Below, piece by piece: positions 1 to 13,400 of a stretch of DNA of 64,000 nt. Location of the stretch: contig NC_042997.1 of assembly GCF_006345805.1 (NCBI RefSeq), positions 140,182,001 to 140,246,000 on the forward strand. The letters are read 5' to 3'. Position 1 is the first letter of the stretch; every line of letters begins with the position of its first letter. A program made the translations under genes and the position numbers. The notes under the pieces are model-generated. The model was not told where the DNA came from. It made no database searches and saw only the letters and a list, made by a program, of their open reading frames with translations. This DNA is from Octopus sinensis (taxonomy: Eukaryota).

Positions 1-1097
1 ATAGGGTGGACAGTTTGATCAGGGCTGGTAGGCTGATGGGCTGCACCAGATTCCAGTCTGATTCAGCATGGTTTCTATAGCTGGATGCCTTTCCTAATGC
101 CAACCACTCCAAGAGTGTAATGGGTGCTTTTACATGCCACCAACATGGATGTCAGTTGTATGACACCAGTGTCTGCCATGACTATGATTTCACTTGGTTG
201 ATGAGTCTTCTACTCAAGCACTGCATATTGTCAAAGGTCTCGGTCATTTGTCATTGCCTCCATGAGATGCAACGCTTAAAAGATGCTTTTTACATGTCAC
301 CAGCATTGGTCATGGCTATGATTTCACTTGACTTGATGGGTTTTCTTAAGCACAGCATATTGCCAAAGGTCTCTTCATTTAATTATTGAAGTAAATTTAA
401 TATTTGCTTGATTTAGAGTGTGATGGCCAAGGCAATCACCCCAAGATCAGAAATATCTGTAATCCCAAAAAGTTTTAAATCCAAAGGTTTATGAAAATTG
501 ATGTTGTACCTGTACTATAAAACCAAGATCTGTATTGAAGCTGTTGGCTTCAACAGTCAAATATATGCTTGATAGTATAATAAAATAGGAAGTAATAGTT
601 AAAAAACAAAGCAAAAATCTTAACCTAAATTGACAGTATATGTTATTTATTTATTATTCATTACATGCTAACTGAAAATCACATGTTCAGAGCATTACAC
701 GTGCCATGAAATAATTAGGGTAACATTTCATGATCAAGATCTGCTGTCCCATGTAATCTTTTATCTTTATGGAAATAAACTGTGGCATGAGAAATTAATG
801 ATTTATGAAATGAATTCTGTGTTAATTACTAGTTTGACTGCTGTCTTTCTAATGATGTATAAATTATCTAATTAGATGCCTGAACGAAAATTTTGAAGTT
901 TTTATCACTTCTGATATTTTCACATGAAGTAAATAAATTTTCCACAAGGCTGTCAGTCTAGATTTTCTCTTGCTTTTAAACATGTAACCTTGTGTAACCA
1001 TATACGTTTTTGAAAAATACACTTGTTCACATGGGATAGCAATTAAATATTTGTAATCTTATTATAAATAAATGATTCATTTTATTTAATAAAATCA

Positions 1098-1534
1098 AAA
1101 TGTCCTCTTGGGATTAAAAAAATCACAGTAAAGTCCATTTATACAAAACAACCACATTGAAGTGATGACAAGCATTACTTGCCAGTACAGTTACTGCTTC
1201 ATCTCTTATTGAAATTTTATAACTAGCTGTTTTGCTTACTGCAAGATCAGCAACAGAATGTCGCTTGATTTTCTATGTATTGTGAGCTGAAGTGAACAAC
1301 TGCCCTCTCTAGTAGACAAGGTGTCCTGCACAGATGATGGGCAGAAATAGTCTGAAACCAGGCTGGTATGTTGGTTCTGTCACTAGAAGGTGGTAGGGGT
1401 TCGCTCCTCTACTTGCAGTATATCAGATGCAGGTTGCATTGTTAACCAGCTAGAGGAAATGTCCATTTGGGATTAAAAATCACAGTAACGTCTGTTTGTA
1501 CAGAACAACCATGTTGAAGTGGCAGCAAAGTATT
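1098..1534 (+). repeat. Diverged ~75-bp direct repeat (1098-1175 and 1457-1534), period ~360 bp
   Basis: Shared aaatgtcc..ttgggattaaaaa(a)tcacagtaa..gtc..ttt..taca.aacaacca..ttgaagtg. Confidence 0.75.
1325..1374 (+). ncRNA. Degenerate hammerhead-like motif
   Basis: CAGAUGA (U4 to A), stem II GGGC/GUCU, GAAAC, near-palindromic ACCAG-G-CUGGU, GUA, stem I CC.GCA/UGU.GG. Confidence 0.35.
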
Positions 1535-1696
1535 TAAATGTTCAGTGGTAATGGTTAGTTGATAGAAACCTTAAAAATAATTCTTTGTATTTGTATTCTA
1601 AGTATTGCACTCATCAGATAAAATGGAGTAAACATTTTTTAAATTACTAAATAAGAGTTTGGATGTTGCCAAGAATGAATGTGAGAATTACTTTCC

Positions 1697-1924
1697 TTAA
1701 CCCTTTAGTGTTCAAATTACTCTCTCAAATGTAAAACTTATTTATTCATATTGTTTTGAATTAATGATGTATTGTCTCATAACTTTAAGATTTTGATGCT
1801 GTTATTGTCTATTTTTAGAATGGCATTGTAGGGTAGGTGTGAAAGGTTAGATCAGCTAAGTTTGAACATAAAACAGAAGAAATATCTGGGCCAGATATGG
1901 CCGGTTTAAACACTAGAGGGTTAA
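1697..1924. mobile_element. TTAA-flanked MITE, piggyBac-like non-autonomous (other copies ~2390-2609, 8550-8830, 30801-31027, 41933-42161)
   Basis: TTAA-CCCTTTAGTGTTCAAA ... TTTAAACACTAGAGGG-TTAA terminal inverted repeats. Confidence 0.8.
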
Positions 1925-2825
1925 AGTAGTCCAACAAAAGAATTAGTATTTAAAAATTATATTTTGTAAAGTTGTAATTGTACAATTTTTACTGGATCAT
2001 CCAAGAGAACATCAGAGTTCCATAAGACTAGGTTATTATATTAATTATAAATTAAAATGTGTATCTGTTTAAGAAATTGCATTGGGAAGAGTATTTGAAG
2101 ATAAAAAAAAAACCTTAGAATGCATGACAAAATAAATTCTTATTGTATAGTAATAGATTATAAACGAAGTTAGTTTTTTTTAACATCTGGAATAATAATT
2201 AATTGAGTGTGATAAGTTTTTCAACTTGATTTGTAGTGATGTTTTGACTCATTAATTAACCAAATTTAACATGTTTTTCATACAGTGAACTTTAAAAAAT
2301 TCAAGCATTTATAGTATAGCTGCAAACTGTTATTAAAATATTGACAATGTTAATAGGAAATCTCACTAGATAACTATTTCATTTACTCATTAACATTTAA
2401 ACTTGCCATATCTGACCTAAATATTCAATCTGTTTTATATTCAAACAGACCTGATCTGGCTTCTCACACCTACCCTACAATTTCAGTCTAAAAATAACAA
2501 TTACATCATCAAAATCTTGAAGCTATAACATAATGCATGATTAATTCAAAACCATGTGAATTTAATAAGCTTTACATTTGACAGAGTTATTTGAATGCTG
2601 AATGGTTAAGTTTAATTTTGTCTGCTGTCTTTATCAAACTAATTTTATGCTGCCTTCCATGTCCAGATGAGACCAATAGAATAAGTACCAGGCATAAAAA
2701 GAAAAGCAAAACAAAAAGCACTGAGGTCAATTCATTCAACTAAAAATTCTTCAAGGTGGTTCCCCAACATGGCCACAGTCTAATGGCAGAAACAAGTAAA
2801 AGATAAATAATATAATTACATAATT

Positions 2826-2948
2826 ATATGTACATACATACATATACATATATACATACATATATATGTATATAGATATGTGTGTGTATATGTATGTATG
2901 TGTGTGTGTATATATATGTATGTATGTGTATATATATGTATGTATGTA

Positions 2949-3002
<54 letters not shown>
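2826..3002. repeat. Compound (TA)/(TG)/(TACA) microsatellite (similar tracts at 12956, 14740, 28619, 34715, 42565, 60697)
   Basis: Directly visible. Confidence 0.95.
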
Positions 3003-3005
<3 letters not shown>

Positions 3006-3139
3006 ACATGTGTATATATGTTGAAATTTCAACATCCATCTGATGATATGCTCTATGATTGATCTGATTTAAAATTAGAATTAAGGTTTCTTTAGGTATC
3101 TAGAGTGTTTTCTTGAAATGTCCCGCTCCTTAGTGCTAA

Positions 3140-3415
3140 TGGGAGATTGGAATGATATCTTGGATGCATGCTTGGAATGTGTGGGGCTAGCTAATAGAAG
3201 AGGAGGTGCAATTTTTGAAGCTAGTAGGGTTGTCCAAAGATGATGGCAAGAGGTCTGATGGGGATTACCCTTTAGTCTTGAGCTAAAAGTAGATGCCTTA
3301 TATGGGGTGTCACTGTCAGTATCCTTTTATGTGTTACACATCCTCCATGTTGTGGTGGAGGTGAGCATTACTGCATCCATTGTTGTATAGACTGGGATAT
3401 TGAAATACGTGTACC
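3140..3415 (+). mobile_element. Decayed non-LTR retrotransposon fragment, restriction-like endonuclease (RLE) domain
   Basis: Across frameshifts and stops reads NDIL...AIFEA/VGLSKDDGKRSDG/ITL*S*AKSRCLIWGVTV, matching the DGKRPDGxTLxPW..GR.LxWDVT RLE motif. Confidence 0.65.
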
Positions 3416-4344
3416 TTCCCTTCATTGGACACTGCTTGCGAAGACCTGTTGAAGCAAGTGAAATCGAAATCAAATTTGATGACTGGCTAGTGGAGCACTA
3501 AGAGCACCATCCGAGCATGATCGTTGCCAGAGTGGCTAACTGGCGTTCGTGCTGGTGGCATGTAGAAAGCACCATTCGAGCGTGATTGTTACCAGCGTTG
3601 CCTTACTGGCACTTGTGCTGGTGTGTAGATGGCACGTAAAAAAACACCATTTAGGCATGGCTGTTGCCAGTACCACCTGACTGGCCTCATGCCAGTGGCA
3701 CGTAAAAGGACCCACTACACTCTCAGAGTGGTTGGCATTAGGAAGGGCATCCAGCAATAGAAACTCTGCCAGATCAAGATTGGAGCCTGGTGCAGCCATC
3801 TGGTTTGCCAGTCCTCAGTCAAATCGTCTAACCCATACTAACATGGAAAGCGAATGTTAAACAATGATGATGATGAATTATTTATCATTGATGGCACTCA
3901 AGACTTTGGAGGGAGCTAGACTGATGACAAAGAAATTTTTGTCATCTTTGGTTTTCTATTTCACTGGAATATCAAGTGACACTTGCTAGGATGCTTGGCT
4001 ATTTCAACACTTCAGTATCACAATCATCTGCAACAATGCTATGAATATTTTGGGCTCCTTCAAAAAATTTTTAGAGTTGAATACCTATATCTTACTTGTG
4101 TGATCTATAACTGAGGAGGTGTGGATCTTTCATTCCTTATTTTTTTTGCATTGTTTACTCATCTTTACAGTAAACCTAATGCCATAATTAATTCTTATGT
4201 AAGGTATTAAAGAAAGTCTTTAAATGTGTGTAAAGAAGCTACTTTATTGGTGACTTTGTTACGTTCATTGATTGCAAAAGTAATCAGCATGGGAGAATGT
4301 GATAGTTATTTTAGTTTCATTAATATTATTATCTGAAGGTAAAA

Positions 4345-4565
4345 TTGTGCAACGTGACAAGGATACCACCTCCTTCTGATGAAAGCAAACAAATAAAATA
4401 TTCATAAATTCTCATTGTTCTCATATATTCCAACTTCAAAGTTTATAGTTTCTTCTTGGAAGCTTACCGAACATCTCACGTGTGACATATAAACGTTTCA
4501 TGGCCAAGGTTGACTCTCCTACGTAATCTTTATTATTATTATGGAGATAATTTATGACATGAGAA
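4345..4565 (+). repeat. Locally triplicated ACGT-rich module, copy 1 (copy 2 at 5829-6012 direct; copy 3 at 7387-7473 inverted)
   Basis: Conserved blocks ttgtgyaacgtgacaa and tcacgtgtgrcatataaacgtttcat.gccaaggt..ctctcctacgtaatctttattattatgga. Confidence 0.8.
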
Positions 4566-7500
4566 CTTCAGGACACTTACATAAACACCTGATTAAATTC
4601 TGATTTTATTGCAATATTAGTGATGGTCTTTGGTTAATCTGATAAAATAATTGTATTATTTTTAACCTTTGCAAAAATTGACTTTACAATTCAGTAAGTT
4701 CTAGGTTCACTTTTCACTTTGACAGATTGAATTTCCTTGCCGATTCATTTTGTTAATATGAGCATAATGTGTTTAAGTCAGGTTTTTGGAATAGTTATTG
4801 CAAATAAAATGGAATTTCTTGTTTTTTTTTTGTTTTTTTGTTTTTCAATATTTTTGGTTTTATAATATTCTGCATTCTAACTCACAGGCAATTTGCATTA
4901 AAAATATTTTTCTAATAAAAAAAAATCCCTATTTTTCAAACTTAATGCCCCCCTGCCCCCACTTGATTGTGCCTTCAGAATATCTGTTAAAATTAAGATG
5001 ACTTTTTTTTTCATGCTATTTTTAATAATTTTATAATATCATACACTCTGAAACGTTTAATTGAGACTAAAAGAAATTTCTTTTAAATTCATTTTTTACA
5101 AAATATCTTGCCCTATATGACACAAAAATTAAATGATAATGAAATTATTGTATACAGTGCTCAGGTGCACCAATGTAGTAAGCTGCATGATTGCTGGAGC
5201 TGCTAAAAATATCAGACTTACAGAAGTGGATATATGAAAAACACAAAATTGGAATTTTGAAAGAAATATTTATAAAAGGATAATTTCAGCTGTTTGAAAT
5301 GTGAAAAAGAATATTTTTGATTTTCTTTTCTAAAGAATGGTAATTTTGAGTGTTTGACAAACATTAATACTGAGAATACTTGAAAGGCATGATGAAGGGG
5401 TAAGATGGGTTAACATTTAAAAAATATAGAGTTTTGAAAAAATGATGAAAAATACCGCTAAAAAATAATTCATTATTAATCACAACAGTTATTCTGAGGT
5501 GAAGGTTAAGAAGTTTGAAAAACATGGATTTGTTAAAGATATATTTGAAATGTGAGTTACATGTATTTTAGAAGGTGGGATATTATAAAATGCTGAAAAA
5601 TATCAATAAGAAAAAAAATAACCCAAATTCTATTTTACTCATGACGAAACACAAAAAATGACAGCAGGGTGTGATTTGAGGAAGATATGGCTGATGTGTC
5701 TTCCATTTCAAGTATCTACCTAGAAATTCCCTCATTTGCAACTTGGTATATAACCTCTAACTCATTGATTATAAAAGTAATATGTATATTAAAAAACGTG
5801 ACAGTTTCAGCTTCGTTAACATTATTCTTTGTGTAACGTGACAAAGAAACTAATTCCCTGAGAATGTTTATAATTTGTTATTTTTGTTTCTCATTGAAAG
5901 CCGAAGCCCCCAGTAACATATCACGTGTGGCATATAAACGTTTCATTGCCAAGGTCTGCTCTCCTACCTACGTAATCTTTATTATTATGGAAATAACCTG
6001 TGACAGTGAGAAGATAATAATGAATTAATTAAATACTGGCTTGACTGCCTGCCATACTATTTTGCTCCTTAACTTTTGCGTTGTCCTATGTGTGTTGTGG
6101 GGGGGAGCTTTTAGAGGGAGATGGGGTGAGGGACTGTGTGTATGTATGTGTGAATGACTGATAGTCGTGTGTACTGTGTTGGCAATAATATAGGGCAGTG
6201 GGTTCCCAAATTGACAAATACTAGCCACTTCCGAATATTAGTGAATTTCTTTTGCTTCCCACCTTTTCATTTATGAGAAGACAAGATAGAATTTGCATCT
6301 ATATAATTCTTCTTTCAATGCTATGGTATTAGGACTCTTGTTATAATATTTCTACTGAAATACACTAACTTTGCTTCAATTAGTTTTGAAATAACTTTTA
6401 TCATTATTGAGCTGGTGTTTAGTTCATGGATCTGTTCCATCTCATGCACAGATTTTTTTAATTAATTTTTATGGAACAGATCCTTCATAAATGAACAGGA
6501 AATTTTGATGGAAGGTTTTAATTTAGTTCACTTTCAAACAAAAAGTTTTTATTATAGAACCAGGAGCAATCTGATGTGGATTGGTAACAAATGTATTAAA
6601 ACTATCTTAAATTTATTAATATGGCCCCTCCCCTTTCAATCCTTTCAACTTCTCTGATATATATTACTACAGATAGCTAATTTCCAGAGTTTGGGTAAAT
6701 TGATTATATTGATCTCACTGCTCAGTTGGTACTTATTGTATCAACCCCAAAAGGATGAAAGGCAAAGTTGACCTTTGAAAGAAGGTTGAAATACCACAAA
6801 GCATTTTGCCTGGCATGCTTATGCTTCTGCTTGCTTGCCACTTTTTGATGTGATGAACTATTAGTTGGAGTAGCTGTCAGTTCACCTGTTGTCAGAATTC
6901 CATACTTAAATCAGGTAATCTGGGCTCTCCTGTATCATTGCTTCTCTATTGCATGTTGGTACAAGGAGGCAGTTGATTAAATTAACTTCTGGAATGATGA
7001 CTATGAAAAACAGAGTTGATCCTAGCAGGATTTGAACACAGAGCATCAAGAGCTACAACAAAAAGTACTTTTGCTAATCCACCCACCTTTGACGTGATAA
7101 AAAAAATATATATATATTCTTAAAGTTATAAGTTGTACCCTTAAGGAAAATTTGTTTTAGTGCTTAGTAATTTCTGACACATTTTTTCACATTACCTCAA
7201 TGAATACTTCCAGGGTACATTTGGTAGATTAAAACAAAAGAAGTGTCAAATGACCTAAGTAGAAAATGAATCCCTGTTTTCACTGAAGGGGATGATGTCA
7301 TAATTTAAAAGCATATGTATTTATCTCATGGTTGGAATTGTGTAATATTGCAGTCAAACCAGTATTTATTTTTCATTGTTTTTAACTTCTCATACCACAG
7401 GTTATTACCATATCAATAATGATTATGCAAGAGCTGAACCTGACCATGAAACGTGTATAAATGACATGTGATTCCATTGTCTGCTTCACTATTTCTCATG

Positions 7501-8397
7501 AGCACTTCTTTTGGGTTGCAAGGCATTTCGGCTCTGCTTTTCTGTTATCACAATGAAAGGCTGTTAAAACCAGCTCTCAGCACAAATAAGTTCAGGGGTG
7601 AAAATTTACATGTTTAGGGATCTTTGTAGGCAAAGGACATGTTTTATAGCAGGTTTGCCTAAAATAAATATAAAATAGCAAAAGAAATAAAAAATATGTT
7701 TGGTAAATTATTTGTGTGTGTGTGTATTCTAACATATTAAATTATAGTTAACTAATGTAAGAAATTGTTGCCAGATTACTTGTTAAGCAGTATTGAGTCT
7801 AGCATGATTGATATTTGGAAACCCTTTTTGACTTGTTTATTAAGATACTACTCAAACTATGGCTTGTGCACAAAAGAGCTTATACCCAAAATCTTGTTTT
7901 TGAAAATGTAGGATCCAAAAAAGCCATAGGCAAAATCTGCTTAATACCTATAATTAAGACTTCAAAGGTCCCATTTAGTGAAATATGATTATGATGATCT
8001 GAAAAGTATTAGCTCATGTGTTTTTCAAGCACACTGTAATGTTTTTATATGCTATCATTTACTGGAATGTTCTAAAACAAATTACATATTCTAGACAGTT
8101 TATGTTCCACCAAATCACAAGTTAAAAAACAAACCTAAGGAGATTAATGAATACATTAAAATATAATTATATTATGTTACTGTCTAATACTATTATTAAA
8201 TTGCTGTTCAACCCATAAATTTAAAACATAAATCCTATATTATTTATTTCTCAGGGTTTGTTTATTCTTCTTACAACCTTTCATTACCATTTTTGTTTCT
8301 TTTTAATGAAAAATTAGAAAGAAGAGAAGGGTATGTCACAAAGACTGTGTAGCCCTCTTGGGTCAGAGTGTAATCTGGTCTTGGTATGGGTTTTGTT

Positions 8398-8399
<2 letters not shown>

Positions 8400-8490
<91 letters not shown>
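8400..8490. repeat. (GA)n microsatellite
   Basis: Perfect GA run of about 45 units. Confidence 0.97.
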
Positions 8491-8493
<3 letters not shown>

Positions 8494-9589
8494 ATATAAT
8501 ACAAGAACATATGGAAGATGAAGGAGATCCACAGTAATAGTTTGTGGATATTAACACTTTAGCATTTAAACTGGCCATATTTGGCCAAAATATTATTCCT
8601 GTTTTATATTCAAACTGATCAGATTCAGCCTCTTACACCTACTCTACAATGTCATACTAAAAGTAAACAATCCCATCACTGAAATCTCAAAGCTACACAA
8701 TGAATTAAAAGCATGATGAATTAAAAACAATGTAAATATATAAGTATTACATGTGATAGTGTAATCTAAATGCAAAAGGGTAAAACACTTCATGAATTTT
8801 TTTAGAGAAAGTTTGTGAATATTAAACACTTTGGTATGGGTTTTTTAGCTAATGAGTGAGAGAGAGAGAAAGAGAGAGAGGGGGAAAAGTATGGTGACAA
8901 TTTGACATATGGATATGTTTTCAGTTATGGTATTACAGTTTGCATTCGCCAAATTTTAAAGAACAGAATTGATTATATTAATAGGTAGTAAAAGAAGTAA
9001 AGAAGATCTAATTAATATGAAGGAGGTTGATGTGGAGAGATTTAAAACTGCTAAAATAAGACATACTGATGAGATGAATAGCCTTCTTTTGAAGGAAGTC
9101 TAGGATACTAATGATTAAAAAAGCTGTGTTATTTCTAATGTAGGAACATTCATTTATAATCATATAGAGAAAACTAAAATAGAGATTTCTGGAAATTTAA
9201 GTCTTAGAATGAGTAATGGAGGAAAACCTTTGACTGGGAGTTTTTTTTTTTACAAGAACTGGGTGTATGGTGTGGAGCTCTCAATATAATATTTGAGTTT
9301 GAAACTTTACAGGATTGTCTGCTCCCAAGTTGTCTTAAATGGCTTTTCAACCAGAAGTACTGATGTAATAGTTTGATATATAATGAAGAGGGATGGAGTG
9401 ATATATCATCATCTGGCATAAAATTGAGTAGCATTAACAGATTAATTGATAAATAGAAAGCAAATTAATGGGCTGATGATAGATTTTAGAGTGTTGGCAT
9501 AAGATTTAAATTGGTAACAAATTAAAATTAGGATTTCAATTCAGATAAGTATAAATTAGATAGGATGAAAATAGATAAATTTTACAAGA

Positions 9590-10005
9590 ATTCTGTGTGG
9601 TAAGAAGTTTGCTTCTTGACCATATGGTTCCAGGTTCAGTTCCTCTGTGTGGTACCTTGGGCAAGTGCCTTCTATTATAGGCCAACCAAAGCCTTGTGAG
9701 TGGATTTGGTTGGCAGAAACTGAAAAAAACCCATTATATATATATATATATATATATATAAATTAAATTAGAGATAAAACCACTATTAGGCAAATCAAAC
9801 AAATATATATATATATATATGACAACTGGTGTTGGTTTGTTTATATCCTTGCAACTTAGTGATATGGTAAAAGAAACCAATAGATTAAGTACCAGGATTT
9901 AAAAATAAGTACTGGGGTTGATTCATTTGGTTAAAACCCTTCAAGGTGTTGCCCTAGCATGGCCACAGTCCAGTGACTGAATCAAGTAAAATTTAAATGA
10001 TAAAA
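9590..10005 (+). mobile_element. tRNA-derived CORE-like SINE family C (other copies 18455-18762, 25350-25600, 26385-26703, 35345-35570, 40735-41000, 50612-50938, 53905-54175)
   Basis: Head tgtgtggtaagaag...gggttcagt...ccttgggcaagtg; internal (TA/CA)n; tail gactgaa(a/t)caagtaaaa. Confidence 0.8.
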
Positions 10006-12039
10006 GAAAGATATATGACAGGGATTTACAATGCTACATTGATCTCTGTATTAATTCATCTCTGTATCAGTATTGTTGATTAATTTTCGATAAATACCTA
10101 GTAATCTTTTAGTTATTAAAAGCATCAATAAATTTTTAACAGCAAAAATAAAAAAAAGTATATGCATTAATATAGAAATTGAAGAAAGTAACAAGTTTCC
10201 CTTAAATATTTTTATGAGCTGAGATCAAACAGAAACTTTCCATTTTAAACCTTGGTGCAAGAATTTGGTTGTTTTTATTACATATGTCCTAGTTGTTTTG
10301 CACTCATATTATGTTAAATAATAAAATTTTGTCTTTTTAATGATTAATTAGTCTTAAGTACACATTTTATTAATTAACTGTATTAAAAATGATCACCTTG
10401 GTTTTAATAGGTTATTTTGTTTGATGAACCAAAAAAAAACAACATAAAATCCAATTAAATAATCAAGTTCAAGACTATGTTATAATTCGGTGAAATCAAG
10501 TGTTTATTCTGTAAAAGAATAATGAAAGAAGAAGCAAAATTCTCTAAACTGAGAACGTGACTCTCTTGACATGTGACTTTCAGCTACATTTTAGACACGA
10601 GTTACATATCGCACTTGCTTCATATATGCAACACATAAAAGTTTATGATATACAAATTGCACTATGTAACCCTGCTATTGTTTTAATCTGTTAATTAGTA
10701 TCAATTTTTATATATATTCTTGGTTATGTATCTGCCTGGGAAAATTCAGTTTCAAGTTCACTGCTCCAATTACTAAAACAGTATGTGAATTTCTCACTCA
10801 TTACTATAAGACAATAAGATTGTTCATGCTTTTTGAGAACGATAATATATTTTTAGAGTTTTTTAATTATTCATCTCTTTGTTTGTTCATTAGAAAATGA
10901 TTTACTCTAGCTTCTTTTGTTCTCACTTTTAATTACCATAATTATTTCTTCTACTTATATATGACTTTCAAATTAGATTCTGTTCACATTCAGAACTTTG
11001 CTGTCTGATGTTTAACACCACAAATTCTTATTCCAAACTTGAAGGATATTTTTTCCAACGTTCACCATAAACCATGGAAGTAGTAACTGATTTCTTATCC
11101 CGACATGGTAAAATACAAATCTTGTGTCATTTTTACTAATCTGTTTTATTAGTTATAACATATTGATGGACATTTATCTTTCATTATTGAATTGTAATTT
11201 TCATTTTCTGTTACTGTTTTTCTTTAACCTTTGACTGTGGAAATCAAATATATTCACTCAGAATTTCATTTTCCTTAACTGCAGAAAGCAGTTCAGAGAT
11301 ATCAACATAAAATTTCATTATCATTAACTGCAGAATGCAATTTTAGAAACTAGTATATCTTTTGTTGCGGAATGTCATCTTTGAAACTATTTTCCATTGA
11401 GATATGTCAAGTTTGTTGAGGCAAAGTGACTTACAAAAAATACCAATTTTATTTTTTGGTAGATATTTAACATCATTACAGGATGAAACAATCTGATAGG
11501 GACTGCAGAAAATAGACTTTATATTATGAATAAGAAATTGTTATCTAGTAATATTTCATAGTAGCATGCTCAACTATTTTAATTAGACGTCTACACTGTT
11601 AAAATAATTATGTTTGCAGTTATAAATGCTTGAATATTTCTTAATGTCATCATACTAGAAACATGTTAAATTAGGTTAACTAATGAATCAAAGCATCATT
11701 ATAAATCCATTTGAAATACTATTTATGTAATATCTAAGTGAATATTATTTCAGATATTAAATAAAAAAGACTTCATTGCAATTTTGTTTTTATCTTATCT
11801 TTTACTCATAGATTAAGAGCTTCATCCAGTTCAAGCATTCTAAAATTCTATCTCCCAAATACTTCTTTTCAAATCTGTCACTTTGATGTATATTCATTTC
11901 ACTTTATTATCAACATGATAACTCAGTTCTGTGGAACTTTGTTATTCTCGTGGGGGTAGTTGAAACTATTAACAACTTAGGCAATTACCTGAAGTGCCAT
12001 GTCATGTGTATGTGATCCTCCAAATAAAAGGAGAAAATT

Positions 12040-12320
12040 GTCTTGCCTTGCTTATTCCCATCTTCATTGGTGAGGGTTGGGAATTATGGATGCATGTACC
12101 ATTTCTTTCCATTGATTCCTCTCTCTGGCCATGGTTGTGCATTCAGCCAGAAGTTTTCCTGTCCATTCTTTGATGTCATCCTGCGAGTGTCTTCTCAGTC
12201 TCCCCTCTTTTCATTTTTCATTGGCTCCTCTCTCTGGGATATGAGGACTGAAGTTCTGGGCATTGATAACATACCTAAAATACTGCAGCTTTCTCTTCCA
12301 GACAGCTGCAAAAAATTATC
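12040..12320 (-). mobile_element. RTE-clade LINE 3' fragment
   Basis: Minus strand reads KRKLQYFRYVINAQN...KRGRLRRHSQDDIKEWTGKLLAECTTMARERNQWKEMV. Confidence 0.8.
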
Positions 12321-12952
12321 TTTCGTTTTCTATTTCCTCTAGTACTGACTTGTTTGTTCAATAGTCAGTCCAGTACTCTTTGGTACATTGTTGTTTCAAA
12401 TAATCTGAGTTGAAATAATGAAAATGTAAAAATTCTTTGAATGGAGTCAAGCTTATTTTAACACGCTTCAAAGGAGATCAGGAGTGGAAGGTGAGGGATA
12501 GAGATTGTCTTAGTTAAATATAAGGAAATTCATCTTGTTTTAAGCAATAAGGAATTTTCCTTTCTCCTAGCAAGTTAACTACTCATGGTTTGAGGCAACA
12601 GCTTCAAAGAATTACATTTAGTTGTGAGATCCAAGAAAAGTAAAAAGCAATATCTTTGGTAGTGAATCATGAAATCGAAGAAATTAAACTGATAAGCTAT
12701 GGTTGGTAAACTCAAAAAGTTATGCCCTGTGACCAAATAGGATATGATAAATTTAAACTTGTGGATAAGTTGGCAGCATTTTATAGCTATATTTGTCTTT
12801 CTGTAAATGTGGGCTGTCTGATGATTTGTCAGCTCTCAGAGCCAGCAGCACTTGGAATAGGTAGCATAGCATGCCAAAATGCAAGAGAATTATTGTAAAA
12901 TTTAAGTGTTTATATTGATGTTCTTTAAATTATTTTGCAGTTATTAGATATG

Positions 12953-12995
<43 letters not shown>

Positions 12996-12999
12996 CTTT

Positions 13000-13400
13000 A
13001 ATTGTTGGGTTTCACTATTGCTAAAAGTCTCTCCTGGCAAAAGCACTTCTTTAACCTAGCTAGGGCTACATCCCAATGGTCGACCCATCTCTTTAGGGTC
13101 AGAAGATATTTCAGCCTCCAACAATTATTGATACTTAGCAAAAGTCAGGTGATGTCCACAAAGGGGTTTTGCTCTCAGATCTGGGATGGTGCTGCTAATG
13201 AAAACACTGAAACTCTAATCACATCCATAAAAGGGCTTATCTAACTGATTGATATAAATTCACTCATGGACATGGTTTAACCTCTGGCCCACAGATGGCA
13301 TACTGTATCTTCCCTCTGCCTTTTTCACAAGTATTGTAAAAAAGCCTACGCTCCCAGGAGCTGACTGGGCTTATGCTAATTCAATTCCCATTCCACCTGC
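13000..13400 (+). mobile_element. CR1/L2-group LINE ORF2 C-terminal fragment
   Basis: LGFTIAKSLSWQKHFFNLARATSQ...LFRVRRYFSLQQLLILSKSQV...CSQIWDG resembles the post-RT region of CR1/L2-group elements. Confidence 0.7.

Noticed and set aside
2824-3062. ORFs made of IY, VC or SL repeats (also 8271-8578, 14527-14823, 23267-23498, 34603-34788)
   Set aside because: Microsatellite translations.
8381-8880. Repeated ggtatgggtttt..ttagc-(GA)n at ~8383 and ~8832
   Set aside because: Short local duplication next to a microsatellite and a MITE; no functional signal.
9000-9590. Purine-rich stretch with a possible LINE RT remnant (QDCLLP resembling QGCxLSP)
   Set aside because: Too decayed to assign.
3319-11288. 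Apparent U12 GT-AG pair: GTATCCTTTT at 3319 and TTCCTTAAC at 11271
   Set aside because: The donor lies inside a retroelement relic, no flanking exon is supported, and TTCCTTAAC also occurs at 1693, so chance occurrence is plausible in this base composition.
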